A stretch of DNA of 55,885 bases from Pseudomonadota bacterium (GCA_030603345.1 JAUVXZ010000001.1:1-55885); one strand, 5' to 3'; positions 19,039 through 28,629 are shown, numbered from the stretch's first letter. Numbers and translations are program-made. The notes: generated by a model not told the origin, from the sequence alone.

Positions 19039-20370
19039 ATGTTTGAACTGTTAACTGAAAAACTGGGTCGCGTGTTCAGAGATTTGACGGGCCGTGGGAG
19101 GTTGAGCGAAAAGAATATTCAAGACGCCCTGAAAAGCATCAGGCTTGCCCTTCTTGAAGCAGATGTAAACTATAAGGTGGTCAAGAGTTTCCTTGAAGAA
19201 ATAAGGCAGCGGGCTGTCGGACAAGAGGTAACGGAAAGCCTTACCCCTGGTCAACACGTAATAAAGATAGTAAATGAAGAGCTTACCAAGCTCATGGGAG
19301 GCGGAAGGAGGGATCTGGAGCTCAGTGGTAAGAGGCCCCTGAGTTTGATGCTTGTTGGCCTTCAGGGTTCTGGTAAGACAACAACTGCCGGTAAGGTGGC
19401 CATCCACCTCAGAAAACAGGGATACCACCCCTATCTGGTGCCAGTAGATGTCAACAGGCCAGCTGCTGTTGAGCAACTTTCCCGGATAGGGGAAGAGATC
19501 AATATCCCGGTTCATCCTTCAGATACGACGCAAAGCGCTGAAGATATCTGCCAGAGCGCTGTAAATAGTGCATCGGAGACTGGGGCGGATATATTGATTA
19601 TCGATACCGCTGGCAGGCTCCACATTGACGAACAGCTAATGGAAGAGCTTTCCAGGATGAAGGAGGTGGTCCATCCTTCGGAGACTCTTTTAGTTGCGGA
19701 TGCCATGACTGGGCAAGATGCCGTGAACTTGGCGAAAAAATTTGACGAGGATCTTGATATCAGTGGGGTTATTCTATCAAAGATGGAAGGGGATGCCAGG
19801 GGGGGAGCAGCCCTTTCCATAATGGCAGTGACCAACAAGCCGATAAAATTTGTGGGTATGGGCGAAAAGCTGGATGCACTTGAGCCTTTCTACCCGGACA
19901 GGATGTCTTCTCGGATCCTGGGAATGGGGGACATCCTATCCCTGATTGACAAGGCAGAGGCTGAATTTGACCAAAAGGAGGCACTGGAACTTGCAGAGAA
20001 GATCAGGAATGCTGAGTTTGATTTGCAGGATTTTAAAAAGCAACTTGCTGCTATCAAGAAGATGGGATCACTGGAACAGGTGCTCGGGATGATGCCCGGT
20101 ATTGGGCAGATGATGAAGTTAGGGAAGGTGAATGCCGATAAAAAGGAGCTGATCAAGTCTGAGGCCATAATTAACTCTATGACACCGGCGGAGAGAAGGG
20201 ATTACCGGATCATCAGTGGCAGCAGGCGAAAAAGGATTGCACGGGGAAGTGGAACACGAGTCGAAGACGTGAATCGGCTTCTTAAGAATTTTGCTCAGAC
20301 AAAAAACATGCTTAAAAAACTGAAACGAGGAGGTTTAAGAGATTTATCTTCATTGGTGAGCCTCAGGTAA
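19039..20370 (+). CDS. ffh: Signal recognition particle protein Ffh
   Basis: 443 aa with GTPase motifs GLQGSGKTTT and DTAGR. The C-terminal M domain is Met-rich. Confidence 0.97.
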   Translation: MFELLTEKLGRVFRDLTGRGRLSEKNIQDALKSIRLALLEADVNYKVVKSFLEEIRQRAVGQEVTESLTPGQHVIKIVNEELTKLMGGGRRDLELSGKRPLSLMLVGLQGSGKTTTAGKVAIHLRKQGYHPYLVPVDVNRPAAVEQLSRIGEEINIPVHPSDTTQSAEDICQSAVNSASETGADILIIDTAGRLHIDEQLMEELSRMKEVVHPSETLLVADAMTGQDAVNLAKKFDEDLDISGVILSKMEGDARGGAALSIMAVTNKPIKFVGMGEKLDALEPFYPDRMSSRILGMGDILSLIDKAEAEFDQKEALELAEKIRNAEFDLQDFKKQLAAIKKMGSLEQVLGMMPGIGQMMKLGKVNADKKELIKSEAIINSMTPAERRDYRIISGSRRKRIARGSGTRVEDVNRLLKNFAQTKNMLKKLKRGGLRDLSSLVSLR

Positions 20371-20453
20371 ACCTCCGCCATTGTGCAGGCTGAAGATGTG
20401 AGGAAAAAGGGAAGGTACGAAAGAGCGTTTTCCTTGTCTGAAATTCTTTCACA

Positions 20454-20482
20454 TTGCACCATTCACAATTTTGACGTATGAT
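20454..20482 (+). promoter_or_regulatory. Possible sigma70 promoter of the rpsP operon (TTGCAC-17-TATGAT)
   Basis: TTGCAC lies at 20454-20459 and TATGAT at 20477-20482, with a 17-nt spacer. The site is 27 nt upstream of the rpsP ATG, and a GGGGGTGAG SD lies in between. Confidence 0.4.
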
Positions 20483-20508
20483 AGTACTCCAAGTAAAGGG
20501 GGTGAGAT

Positions 20509-20772
20509 ATGCCGGTAAGAATACGATTGACCAGGAAAGGGGCAAAAAAGAGACCATTTTACCGTATTGTGGCAGCCGATTCGGAGGCACCCAGGGATGG
20601 TCGGTTTCTTGAGGTTGTAGGGCACTACAATCCACAGACGGATCCAGCTCAAATAACCATTGATGAAGAGAAGATTGCCAAGTGGCTTGAGAGGGGTGCA
20701 AAGGTCTCTGAAACGGTGAGGTCTCTTCTGCGGAAGAAGGAGGTATCCAAGGTTTCTTCGCAAACAAGCTAA
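20509..20772 (+). CDS. rpsP: 30S ribosomal protein S16 (bS16)
   Basis: The sequence [42 protein letters not shown] is a canonical bS16 N-terminus. Confidence 0.97.
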   Translation: MPVRIRLTRKGAKKRPFYRIVAADSEAPRDGRFLEVVGHYNPQTDPAQITIDEEKIAKWLERGAKVSETVRSLLRKKEVSKVSSQTS

Positions 20773-20803
20773 CTGGGTTTAATCAGAAATCGAGGTGAGG
20801 GGA

Positions 20804-21043
20804 ATGATCGAGATGAAAGACCTGATTGAATACATTGCAAAGGTTCTTGTGGATAATCCGGATGAGGTGAGGGTGACTGAACTTGAGGGAAAGCAGACCT
20901 CTGTGGTTGAGTTGAGGGTCGCCAAAGAGGATTTGGGGAAAGTAATCGGCAAGCAGGGAAGAACGGCCAGGGCAATGAGAACAATACTTGGTGCTGCCTC
21001 AGCCAAGATGAAAAAGAGATCTGTCCTGGAGATCTTGGAGTAG
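20804..21043 (+). CDS. KH-domain RNA-binding protein (UPF0109/YlqC-like)
   Basis: It carries the KH GxxG motif region ([16 protein letters not shown]) and sits in the conserved position between rpsP and rimM. ATG 20804 is preferred (GAGGTGAGGGG SD). Confidence 0.85.
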   Translation: MIEMKDLIEYIAKVLVDNPDEVRVTELEGKQTSVVELRVAKEDLGKVIGKQGRTARAMRTILGAASAKMKKRSVLEILE

Positions 21044-21571
21044 TTGAGCAAAAAAAGGCTTAGAGACCTGATTCTAATAGGTCATGTTATCCGTGCACAC
21101 GGGTTGACCGGTCTACTCAGGATAGTTTCTTATGCTCAGTCAAAGGAAACATTCCTCCAGGCCGGTTCTGTGTTTCTGAAGACAGGCCAAAACGAGCTGC
21201 ATGAGGCCAAGGTTGTGTCTATACGGCCCCACCGTTCCTGGTATTTTTTGCGATTGTCAGGCCTGGATTCAGTTGAGCAGGTTGAAATTTTTAAGGGTGC
21301 CGAGATACTAATCCGGAAAGACTCTCTGATAAAAACAGGTGAGGATGAGTTTTTCTGGTACGAACTTTTAGGATTGGAGGTATATCTGACGACCGGTGAA
21401 TACCTTGGAGCTCTTAAGGAAATATTACCTACAGGGAGCAATGACGTGTACGTGGTTGAAAATCAGGGCAAAGAATTCCTAATCCCCGCCATTCACCAAG
21501 TTGTTAAGGAGATTGATATACCTCAAAAGCGAATGGTTATTTCACCTATGAAGGGCTTGTTAGATCTCTAA
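21044..21571 (+). CDS. rimM: Ribosome maturation factor RimM
   Basis: 175 aa with a RimM-like N-terminus (LILIGHVIRAHGLTGLLRI) followed by a PRC-barrel-like C-terminus. It has an apparent TTG start directly after the KH gene stop. Confidence 0.88.
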   Translation: MSKKRLRDLILIGHVIRAHGLTGLLRIVSYAQSKETFLQAGSVFLKTGQNELHEAKVVSIRPHRSWYFLRLSGLDSVEQVEIFKGAEILIRKDSLIKTGEDEFFWYELLGLEVYLTTGEYLGALKEILPTGSNDVYVVENQGKEFLIPAIHQVVKEIDIPQKRMVISPMKGLLDL

Positions 21572-22347
21572 TGAGATTTGATATTCTTTCAATATTTCCG
21601 GAGATGTTTGCGTCCCTGATTGATTATGGAATCATTGGGCGAGCTCTAAAACGGGGGCAGATAGAGATAAACCTTGTCAATTTAAGGGATTTTGCTGAAG
21701 GGCCCCATCTAGTGACTGATGACAGGCCCTTTGGAGGTGGCGACGGTATGGTTATGAAACCGGAGCCAATTGTCCGAGCCCTGGAATCAATTTCCACAGG
21801 CAAGGGAGAAAAAAGCGTCATCTTGCTGACACCTCAGGGTCAGCCTTTTACCCAATCGATAGCCCGGGGTCTAGCTATGCTTAAACAGATAGTGTTGGTG
21901 TGTGGGCGATATGAGGGTGTGGATGAGCGGGTAAGATCCAGGTATGTGGATACTGAAGTGTCCATTGGCGACTACATTTTAACCGGAGGTGAGTTGCCAG
22001 CAATGGTTGTTGTAGATGCTGTAAGTCGATTGATCCCCGGTGTGCTTGGTGGGGCACGATCTAATCGTGAGGAATCCTTTGAGGATCACTTCCTGGAATA
22101 TCCTCACTATACGAGGCCCCGGGTCTTTCAAGGGTTAGAAGTTCCGTCTGTCTTGCTGTCAGGTGATCACAGGAGGATCGAGCTTTGGAGAAGAACCCAG
22201 TCTATAAAGAGGACATTGGAGAGAAGGCCTGATCTGTTGGAAAAGGCCTTTTTCAGTGAGGCAGACAAATGCATACTGGAGGAGCTAAAACAGAAACACG
22301 GGAAACCTTCGCACATTGGCGACCAGGAATCTGACCATGATCAATAG
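21571..22347 (+). CDS. trmD: tRNA (guanine37-N1)-methyltransferase
   Basis: It carries MRFDILSIFPEMF, CGRYEGVDERV and IGDYILTGGE. The start overlaps the rimM stop (TAATG). Confidence 0.95.
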   Translation: MRFDILSIFPEMFASLIDYGIIGRALKRGQIEINLVNLRDFAEGPHLVTDDRPFGGGDGMVMKPEPIVRALESISTGKGEKSVILLTPQGQPFTQSIARGLAMLKQIVLVCGRYEGVDERVRSRYVDTEVSIGDYILTGGELPAMVVVDAVSRLIPGVLGGARSNREESFEDHFLEYPHYTRPRVFQGLEVPSVLLSGDHRRIELWRRTQSIKRTLERRPDLLEKAFFSEADKCILEELKQKHGKPSHIGDQESDHDQ

Positions 22348-22391
22348 ATGAAACCAGTGTACTGACACCGCTCAATGAAGGCGGAAAAACC

Positions 22392-22970
22392 ATGACATTT
22401 TATATTGGGCTCTTACATTATCCCGTGTATAACAAGAGGGGAGAGATCATTGCCTCAGCAATAACAAACCTAGATCTCCATGATTTGGCTCGACTGGCAA
22501 AGACCTATGGAGCTGAAAGGTTCTACGTCATCACTCCTCTCGCCGACCAGCAAGATTTGGCTAAACGCATTTGTCAGCATTGGGTAAGCGGTTTTGGGGC
22601 CCTCTACAATAAGGATAGGCAAGAGGCAATGTCTTTGATCTCAGTTGTTCCAACCCTTGAGAAATCGATGGAAGAGATCAAAGATAGGCAGGGTGAGCTG
22701 CCGGCTCTAATGGTTACTGATGCAGGGAAAAACAACAGAGAAAGAACCACCTACGAGATGGCGCAAGAGATAGTTGCTTCCACAAGGGTGATAATGCTAT
22801 TATTCGGTACTGCCTGGGGTATAGCTCAAGAGCTTATGAGAAAGGCAGATTATGTATTAGCACCCATTGTGGGTGTATCTCAGTACAATCACCTTTCAGT
22901 CAGGGCAGCCGCTGCAATAACATTGGATCGTTTGTTTTCCCGTTTTGCAGAGTCGCAAGGTGGTAGGTGA
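22392..22970 (+). CDS. SPOUT-like putative RNA methyltransferase (Methyltrn_RNA_4-like, from memory)
   Basis: 192 aa starting MTFYIGLLHYPVYNKRGEIIASAITNLDLHDLAR. It lies between trmD and rplS, as this family does in several lineages. The assignment needs an HMM check. Confidence 0.55.
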   Translation: MTFYIGLLHYPVYNKRGEIIASAITNLDLHDLARLAKTYGAERFYVITPLADQQDLAKRICQHWVSGFGALYNKDRQEAMSLISVVPTLEKSMEEIKDRQGELPALMVTDAGKNNRERTTYEMAQEIVASTRVIMLLFGTAWGIAQELMRKADYVLAPIVGVSQYNHLSVRAAAAITLDRLFSRFAESQGGR

Positions 22971-22994
22971 TTTAGAGTAAAGGAGAAACGTACA

Positions 22995-23339
22995 ATGGAC
23001 GCGATAGAAATGGTGGAGAAACAAGAGATGAGAGTGGATCTTCCTCCCTTTAGGACGGGTGATACAGTCAGGGTACACAGTCGAATCAGAGAGGGAGATA
23101 AAGAGCGAATCCAGGTGTTTCAGGGAGTAGTTATTAGAAAAAGAAAGGGTAATACAGGAGCTACCTTCACCGTACGTAAGGTGTCATATGGTGTAGGGGT
23201 TGAGAAGATCTTTGCTTTGCATTCTCCAACCATTGATAAAATAGAGGTGGTTTTCAAGGGAAAGGTAAGGAAATCACGGCTTTACTATTTGCGCGGCTTG
23301 AGAGGTAAGGCAGCTCGTCTCAAGGAACGAAGAACCTGA
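22995..23339 (+). CDS. rplS: 50S ribosomal protein L19 (bL19)
   Basis: The stretch [34 protein letters not shown] is a canonical bL19 core. Confidence 0.97.
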   Translation: MDAIEMVEKQEMRVDLPPFRTGDTVRVHSRIREGDKERIQVFQGVVIRKRKGNTGATFTVRKVSYGVGVEKIFALHSPTIDKIEVVFKGKVRKSRLYYLRGLRGKAARLKERRT

Positions 23340-23350
23340 TCCATATTTGC

Positions 23351-23947
23351 ATGGATAATCGCTTCTATGAATGTCAGGCCGGGCATGCAGGTTATTCTTT
23401 AGTGGCTGGTATTGACGAAGCGGGGCGTGGCCCCTTGGCTGGCCCGGTCGTTGCTGCTGCTGTCATGCTGCCCGAACATAGTGTGCTGGAAGGGGTTACC
23501 GATTCCAAAAAGATGTCTGAGAAGGCTCGCGAGCAGGCCTTTTCCCTTGTTGAAACAGAGGCGATAGATATTTCCCTCTCGGTGGTAGGCTCAAAAGAGA
23601 TTGACAGCATTAATATCCTTCAGGCTACTCGCAAGGCTATGAGGCAAGCAGTTTTGACGCTTGATCCGCAGCCTGACTGTTTACTGATTGATGGAACTCA
23701 CCCTGTTGATCTTCCCATTCACCAAAGGTGTATCACAAAAGGCGATCAGCTCTCTCTATCCATATCGGCTGCTTCTGTTTTGGCAAAGGTTTACCGCGAT
23801 AGCATTATGCGCAGCTACCATGTGCTGTATCCTCAGTATGGGTTTTCTTCGAACAAGGGGTATGGTACCTCCAGGCACATAGAGGCTCTCATGAGATATG
23901 GTCCCTGTCGTATTCATAGATTAAGCTTTAGACGTGTCCTCACATGA
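23351..23947 (+). CDS. rnhB: Ribonuclease HII
   Basis: It has the GIDEAGRGPLAGPVV catalytic motif and is 198 aa long. Confidence 0.93.
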   Translation: MDNRFYECQAGHAGYSLVAGIDEAGRGPLAGPVVAAAVMLPEHSVLEGVTDSKKMSEKAREQAFSLVETEAIDISLSVVGSKEIDSINILQATRKAMRQAVLTLDPQPDCLLIDGTHPVDLPIHQRCITKGDQLSLSISAASVLAKVYRDSIMRSYHVLYPQYGFSSNKGYGTSRHIEALMRYGPCRIHRLSFRRVLT

Positions 23948-24312
23948 CCAAAGAGAGAATTATCCTTGGAAAGATTGGTGAGGATTTGGCAAGACAACGA
24001 CTAAAAGATCTTGGTTACCGGATCATCAAGGCAAACTATACGTGTGCCTTAGGTGAAATCGATTTGATTGCACGAGATGGTGATGTGCTGGTTTTTGTGG
24101 AGATCAAGACACGCAAAAAACAATCCCTGAGCCTTGCTAAAGAAGCGGTTACCAAGAGAAAACAGGTGAAACTTTCAAAGGTGGCTCTGGCCTACATGAA
24201 GTACAACAATCTTTTGGGTAGTAAGGCGCGATTTGATGTAGTGGCCGTAGGAGTCAGTGAAGGAAAAAAGGAAATTGAGATCGTAAAGGATGCGTTTGAA
24301 TTGGCCTACTAA
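23944..24312 (+). CDS. yraN: YraN-family (UPF0102) endonuclease-like protein
   Basis: 122 aa with GEIDLIA...VFVEIKTR, a PD-(D/E)xK-like motif. It overlaps rnhB by 4 nt (ATGA). Confidence 0.85.
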   Translation: MTKERIILGKIGEDLARQRLKDLGYRIIKANYTCALGEIDLIARDGDVLVFVEIKTRKKQSLSLAKEAVTKRKQVKLSKVALAYMKYNNLLGSKARFDVVAVGVSEGKKEIEIVKDAFELAY

Positions 24313-24315
24313 TTA

Positions 24316-24720
24316 ATGTAACCGTTCACGGGTTCAGGGTTCAGAGGTTGTGGGTTCACCGCAAACCCGCCTGCCATGCATTAAGATTGCTATTAGAGCC
24401 ATAATTGTCAATACAACCTTATTTTCAGCTACTGCCATGTATCAAGTCAAAGGCATTGCGGGCAGGTCGAAATCCGAAGCAAATTTTCAATTCTCAAAAT
24501 TCAAAAGACCAAAACTGAATGCACAACTAGGGCACAAGTGACCTGAATTTAGTGTTTTGAACATTCGAGCATTATTATTTTGGATTTGTTTCGCGTTTCG
24601 AATTTCGTGCTTCGGCTTGCCATGGCGCGACTGCTTTTGAACCTGAAAGTTGTTACGGTAAAACTACCAAGACGCTATCAAAGAATTTAATCATTTGTAA
24701 TCCAGGTCTGGGCCAGGGAA
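24316..24720. repeat. Patchwork of interspersed repeats (family F copy 1 at about 24318-24385; family C fragment at 24702-24719; other low-complexity palindromes)
   Basis: GTAACCGTTCACGGGTTCAGGGTTCAGAGGTTG and CCGCCTGCCAT match the nested element at 40369-40511 (inverted). CCAGGTCTGGGCCAGGGA is the reverse complement of 3951-3968. Confidence 0.7.
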
Positions 24721-24750
24721 TTCCGGTTTATCCGGGTTAGGCACTTATCA

Positions 24751-25455
24751 ATGGTTTCCAAGAGAGGAAAAAATGGGTTAGCACCGGGCACCCTCTATAT
24801 CGTTTCTACGCCCATAGGCAATCTTGAAGATATCACTTTGCGGGCCCTGAGGATTTTGAAGGAAGTGGCGTTGATCGCCGCTGAGAGTAGAGATCATAGC
24901 AGGAAGCTCTGCACGCATTACGGTATCAAGACCCCTCTAACCAGCTATAATAGTCACAACCAGCACTATAAGGGACGTGTACTCCTCGAGAAGCTACACT
25001 CAGGGCTTGACATTGCCCTGGTGAGTGACGCAGGAACACCGGGTTTGTCAGATCCTGGTTCCAGGTTAATTTGGGAAGCCATCGATGCTGGCGTACCACT
25101 GGTGCCGGTTCCAGGTGTATCGGCTCCACTAACAGCACTCTGCATTTCAGGTTTGCCCACACACAGATTCGTGTTTGTTGGTTTTCTCTCCAACAAGAAA
25201 GGCAGACGCAGAAAAGAACTGGAAGGTCTAAAGCAGGAATGCCGTACCATGATTTTCTTTGAATCACCGCATCGATTGATCAAGATGCTGACTGATGTGT
25301 ATGATATTCTGGGTGATAGGAAAATTGCCCTGGCCAAGGAGATGACCAAGATTTTTGAGGAGGTAAAGCGGGGAGCAATCAGCACTATCTTGTCCTCACT
25401 CGAGGACAAGGAGATTAGGGGTGAATATACAATAATTGTACAGGGGGCTGAGTAA
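24751..25455 (+). CDS. rsmI: 16S rRNA (cytidine1402-2'-O)-methyltransferase
   Basis: It has the tetrapyrrole-methylase-fold N-terminus TLYIVSTPIGNLEDITLRALRILKEVALIAAE and is 234 aa long. Confidence 0.85.
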   Translation: MVSKRGKNGLAPGTLYIVSTPIGNLEDITLRALRILKEVALIAAESRDHSRKLCTHYGIKTPLTSYNSHNQHYKGRVLLEKLHSGLDIALVSDAGTPGLSDPGSRLIWEAIDAGVPLVPVPGVSAPLTALCISGLPTHRFVFVGFLSNKKGRRRKELEGLKQECRTMIFFESPHRLIKMLTDVYDILGDRKIALAKEMTKIFEEVKRGAISTILSSLEDKEIRGEYTIIVQGAE

Positions 25456-25477
25456 GGTGATAAATCTATCTCTGTTA

Positions 25478-25506
25478 TTGACAATCAATGATATTCTTAT
25501 TAGATT
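25478..25506 (+). promoter_or_regulatory. Possible sigma70 promoter (TTGACA-17-TAGATT) giving a leaderless or near-leaderless HPr-EI mRNA
   Basis: TTGACA lies at 25478-25483 and TAGATT at 25501-25506, with a 17-nt spacer. The ATG is at 25516 with no Shine-Dalgarno in between. Confidence 0.4.
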
Positions 25507-25515
25507 TGAAACGTT

Positions 25516-27585
25516 ATGGAAGAAGTAAGATCCCTAAAAGTAACTAATGAGCTTGGTATGCATGCCCGGGCAGCTGGCCAGATAGTAACCTTGGCTGGCA
25601 AATATGGCGCCAGATTGTTTTTAAAGAAAGATACCCGAGAGGCGGATGGTTCAAGCATCCTGTCGATTCTTTCCCTGGCTGTGCCCAATGGGGAAGAGAT
25701 CGAGGCCAGGATAGTCGGTAGGAAGGCAAAAGAGTTCATGGATGAGCTGGAAATCCTCTTTATCAATAATTTTGGAGAAACCGAAAGTCGGCCGTATCGC
25801 CCTAAAAAGAAGGTAATGAAGGGATTTCCCGTTTCTCCGGGTATTGTTATTGGTAAAGCGTACCACCTTGATAGATCTAAGACCCAGATTTTTCACCGGA
25901 AACTGATCAATGAAGAAGAGGTACAAAGAGACCTTGCTCGTTTCAGGCAGGCTGTGGACATGGAAAAGGAGCAGATCCAGAAGTTTAAATCCAGCATCCC
26001 GGAGCGGGTAGAAGGATATGCCTTTGTGCTGGATACCCACTCAATGATTCTGGATGATGCAATGCTCTTTGATGCAACCTTAAAGAGAATCCAGAAGGAG
26101 AAGATCAATGCCGGGTGGGCGTTGGAAAAATCGGTAAAAAACATCCATGTGCTTTTCAAAGAGGTCGAGGATGACTACATTGGGCGAAGAATGGACGATG
26201 TTGATAGCGTTAGTGAAAGGGTACTGCGGAACTTGGCGGGAGTAGAAGCAGAGAGCCTGGCTGACATTCAAGGCGAGGTTATTGTCGTAGCCCATACCCT
26301 TTCGCCGGTTGACATTGTTGAGATCGATGTAGACCATGTGCTGGGCATTTTGACTGATGTTGGCGGCCGAACGTCGCACATGGCTATTATGTCTGAAGCC
26401 CTGGACATACCGGTTATTGTTGGGTTGGAAAGGGCCACCGATGCGATCCTGCAGGGCGACATTTTGATCGTTGATGGCAATACTGGCGAGGTTATTGTTA
26501 ACCCTGACCCCAAAACCATTCTTTCTTATGAGGATGAGATAAGGCGTTATGCCAATTACAAATCGGCCATAGATAGGGTCAAACATCTACCGGCCGAAAC
26601 TCTGGATGGACACAAGATAACTGTCAAAGCCAATATTGAGTTTTTGGCGGAGGCTCAGGTAGCAATTGAGAGCGGTGCAGAGGGCATAGGACTCTATCGG
26701 ACAGAATACCTCTACCTGCTAAAGAGAGATTTTCCGGATGAACAGACCTTGTTTCAGGATTACGACCAGATTGCCAGAATGGTGGCTCCAAATCCGGTTA
26801 CCATAAGGACCCTGGATATTGCAAGCGACAGGATGGAATCAGAAATGGACGGGAGCAGGGAGGATAATCCTGCTTTAGGTTTAAGGTCTATTCGGTTTTG
26901 CTTGAAGGAGCGAAAGGTATTTAAGACCCAGTTGAGGGCTATTCTAAGGGCCAGCAGATATGGCAATTTCAGATTGATGTTCCCCATGATATCAGGTTTG
27001 GAGCAATTTCTGGAGGCAAAGAAGGTGTTACGGAGTGTTATGCGCTCTCTCGACAAAGAGGGCGTTGAGTATGATAGAGAGATTCCCGTTGGCATTTTGA
27101 TCGAGATTCCCTCTGCAGTATCAATAGCAGATATTCTTGCAAAGCATGCTGATTTCTTTTCAATAGGAACGAATGACCTTATTCAATATGCCCTCGCCAT
27201 AGACAGGGATAATCAACAGGTTGCCGGTCTCTACGATCCCTTTCATCCCGCTGTCATAAAGATGGTACATCAGGTGGTCAAGGCAGGCGAAAAGGAGGGG
27301 ATTGATGTATCCCTGTGCGGCGAAATAGCCGGTGATCCCCTCTCTATTTTGATACTGCTTTCTTTGGGATTGGAGGAATTCAGTATGAATATCGGTGCCA
27401 TTCCCCTGGTCAAGAAAATGATCAGAATGGTACCATTGCAAAAAGTGAAGGAGAGTTTAAAGGATATAATTTCTTTACCTACCAGTAAGAAGGTTGAGGA
27501 TTTTGTCTTGAAAAAGGCAAAGGCTCACCTGCCCGATATCTTTGAGGAAGATGTCTTTAGGTACCGGACCCCTGGCACCGCCTAA
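25516..27585 (+). CDS. ptsI: Fused HPr-like domain + phosphoenolpyruvate--protein phosphotransferase (PTS Enzyme I)
   Basis: Residues 1-88 are HPr-like (NELGMHARAAG phospho-His region; GSSILSILSL Ser46-like region). The rest is EI, with GGRTSHMAIMSEAL (phospho-His), IGTNDLIQYALA and CGEIAGDP. Total length is 689 aa. Confidence 0.85.
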   Translation: MEEVRSLKVTNELGMHARAAGQIVTLAGKYGARLFLKKDTREADGSSILSILSLAVPNGEEIEARIVGRKAKEFMDELEILFINNFGETESRPYRPKKKVMKGFPVSPGIVIGKAYHLDRSKTQIFHRKLINEEEVQRDLARFRQAVDMEKEQIQKFKSSIPERVEGYAFVLDTHSMILDDAMLFDATLKRIQKEKINAGWALEKSVKNIHVLFKEVEDDYIGRRMDDVDSVSERVLRNLAGVEAESLADIQGEVIVVAHTLSPVDIVEIDVDHVLGILTDVGGRTSHMAIMSEALDIPVIVGLERATDAILQGDILIVDGNTGEVIVNPDPKTILSYEDEIRRYANYKSAIDRVKHLPAETLDGHKITVKANIEFLAEAQVAIESGAEGIGLYRTEYLYLLKRDFPDEQTLFQDYDQIARMVAPNPVTIRTLDIASDRMESEMDGSREDNPALGLRSIRFCLKERKVFKTQLRAILRASRYGNFRLMFPMISGLEQFLEAKKVLRSVMRSLDKEGVEYDREIPVGILIEIPSAVSIADILAKHADFFSIGTNDLIQYALAIDRDNQQVAGLYDPFHPAVIKMVHQVVKAGEKEGIDVSLCGEIAGDPLSILILLSLGLEEFSMNIGAIPLVKKMIRMVPLQKVKESLKDIISLPTSKKVEDFVLKKAKAHLPDIFEEDVFRYRTPGTA

Positions 27586-27596
27586 GCAGGTTGTTG

Positions 27597-28052
27597 ATGG
27601 AGAAGAAGATTGTTTGCCAGAACAGAAAGGCCAGACACGATTACTCTATTGATGAGATCTATGAGGCAGGCATCGTCCTTGCTGGCTCGGAGGTCAAATC
27701 ACTAAAGGAGGGTCGTGCCAGTTTAAGGGATAGCTATGCGCGGGTCAAGAAAGAGGAGCTCTTTTTGCACAATATGCATATCACACCGTATTCCTTTGCA
27801 CACCACGTAAATCTTGATCCTACGAGGACCAGAAAGCTCCTCATGCATAAGAAAGAGATAAAACGGCTGATCGGAAAAACAGAGGAAAAGGGGTATTCGC
27901 TCATCCCCCTGTCGGTATATCTTTTGAGAGGGATCATCAAGGTTGAGATGGCTCTGGCTAAGGGGAAGAGAAAATATGATAAGAGACATGCCCTGAAAGA
28001 AAGGGAGATGAAACGGGAGCTCGACGAGTTGAAAAAGAGAGATCGTTCTTGA
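27597..28052 (+). CDS. smpB: SsrA-binding protein
   Basis: It carries KKIVCQNRKARHDYSIDEIYEAGIVLAGSEVKSL, typical of SmpB. ATG 27597 is preferred over the track's TTG at 27591. The gene lies directly upstream of the tmRNA. Confidence 0.93.
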   Translation: MEKKIVCQNRKARHDYSIDEIYEAGIVLAGSEVKSLKEGRASLRDSYARVKKEELFLHNMHITPYSFAHHVNLDPTRTRKLLMHKKEIKRLIGKTEEKGYSLIPLSVYLLRGIIKVEMALAKGKRKYDKRHALKEREMKRELDELKKRDRS

Positions 28053-28115
28053 AAATAAGATTTATGTGTGTTATTATACAAAATATGGTTTCCTAACCAA
28101 GGTTCCTTGAAAATT

Positions 28116-28469
28116 GGGGGCGAAACGGCTTCGACGGGGATAAAGAAGCTTAGGTTGCATACCGAGGTTCTGTTTGCTCGTTAAACAGGCAGAAATAAAA
28201 TAAACGCAGATGATTATGCGTACGCTTTAGCTGCTTAAGCGGCTAACGTCCTGCCGTTTTTTCCTGCGAGGACGGATTTGGGCGTCGACTAGCAGGATAG
28301 CCAATCTGAGAGACCTGAATCTCAGGGAGGCGAATTTCTAATCAGGTTAGCCCTCTAGTCAGCTTGCCCGAAAGGTGTCTTGAGGGCGAACATTGAACAT
28401 CGGGATATGTATGTAGAGGCCTAAGTGGAATATTTTCGGACGGGGGTTCGACTCCCCCCGCCTCCACCA
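28116..28469 (+). ncRNA. ssrA: Transfer-messenger RNA (tmRNA)
   Basis: The 5' GGGGGCG pairs with the 3' CGCCTCC-A-CCA end, including a G3:U wobble (Ala identity). A T-arm-like GGTTCGACTCCCC is present. The tag reading frame is GCA GAT GAT TAT GCG TAC GCT TTA GCT GCT TAA (28206-28238), giving ADDYAYALAA. Confidence 0.9.
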
Positions 28470-28505
28470 GCCTTCGCTTCGAAACGAAGTGAAGATGCGA
28501 AGTCT

Positions 28506-28542
28506 GCCCGCCGTAGCTGTAGAGCGAAGGCGGGCTTTTTTT
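28506..28542 (+). terminator. Rho-independent terminator after tmRNA
   Basis: The stem pairs GCCCGCC (28506-28512) with GGCGGGC (28529-28535), followed by T7 (28536-28542). Confidence 0.6.
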
Positions 28543-28629
28543 GGCGTGCTCCATTTTATCATCCCGTGACCGCACTACAGGTGAAATCTGCTTGAATCCC
28601 CCCATCGAGGTGGGGTATATATTCCTTTA

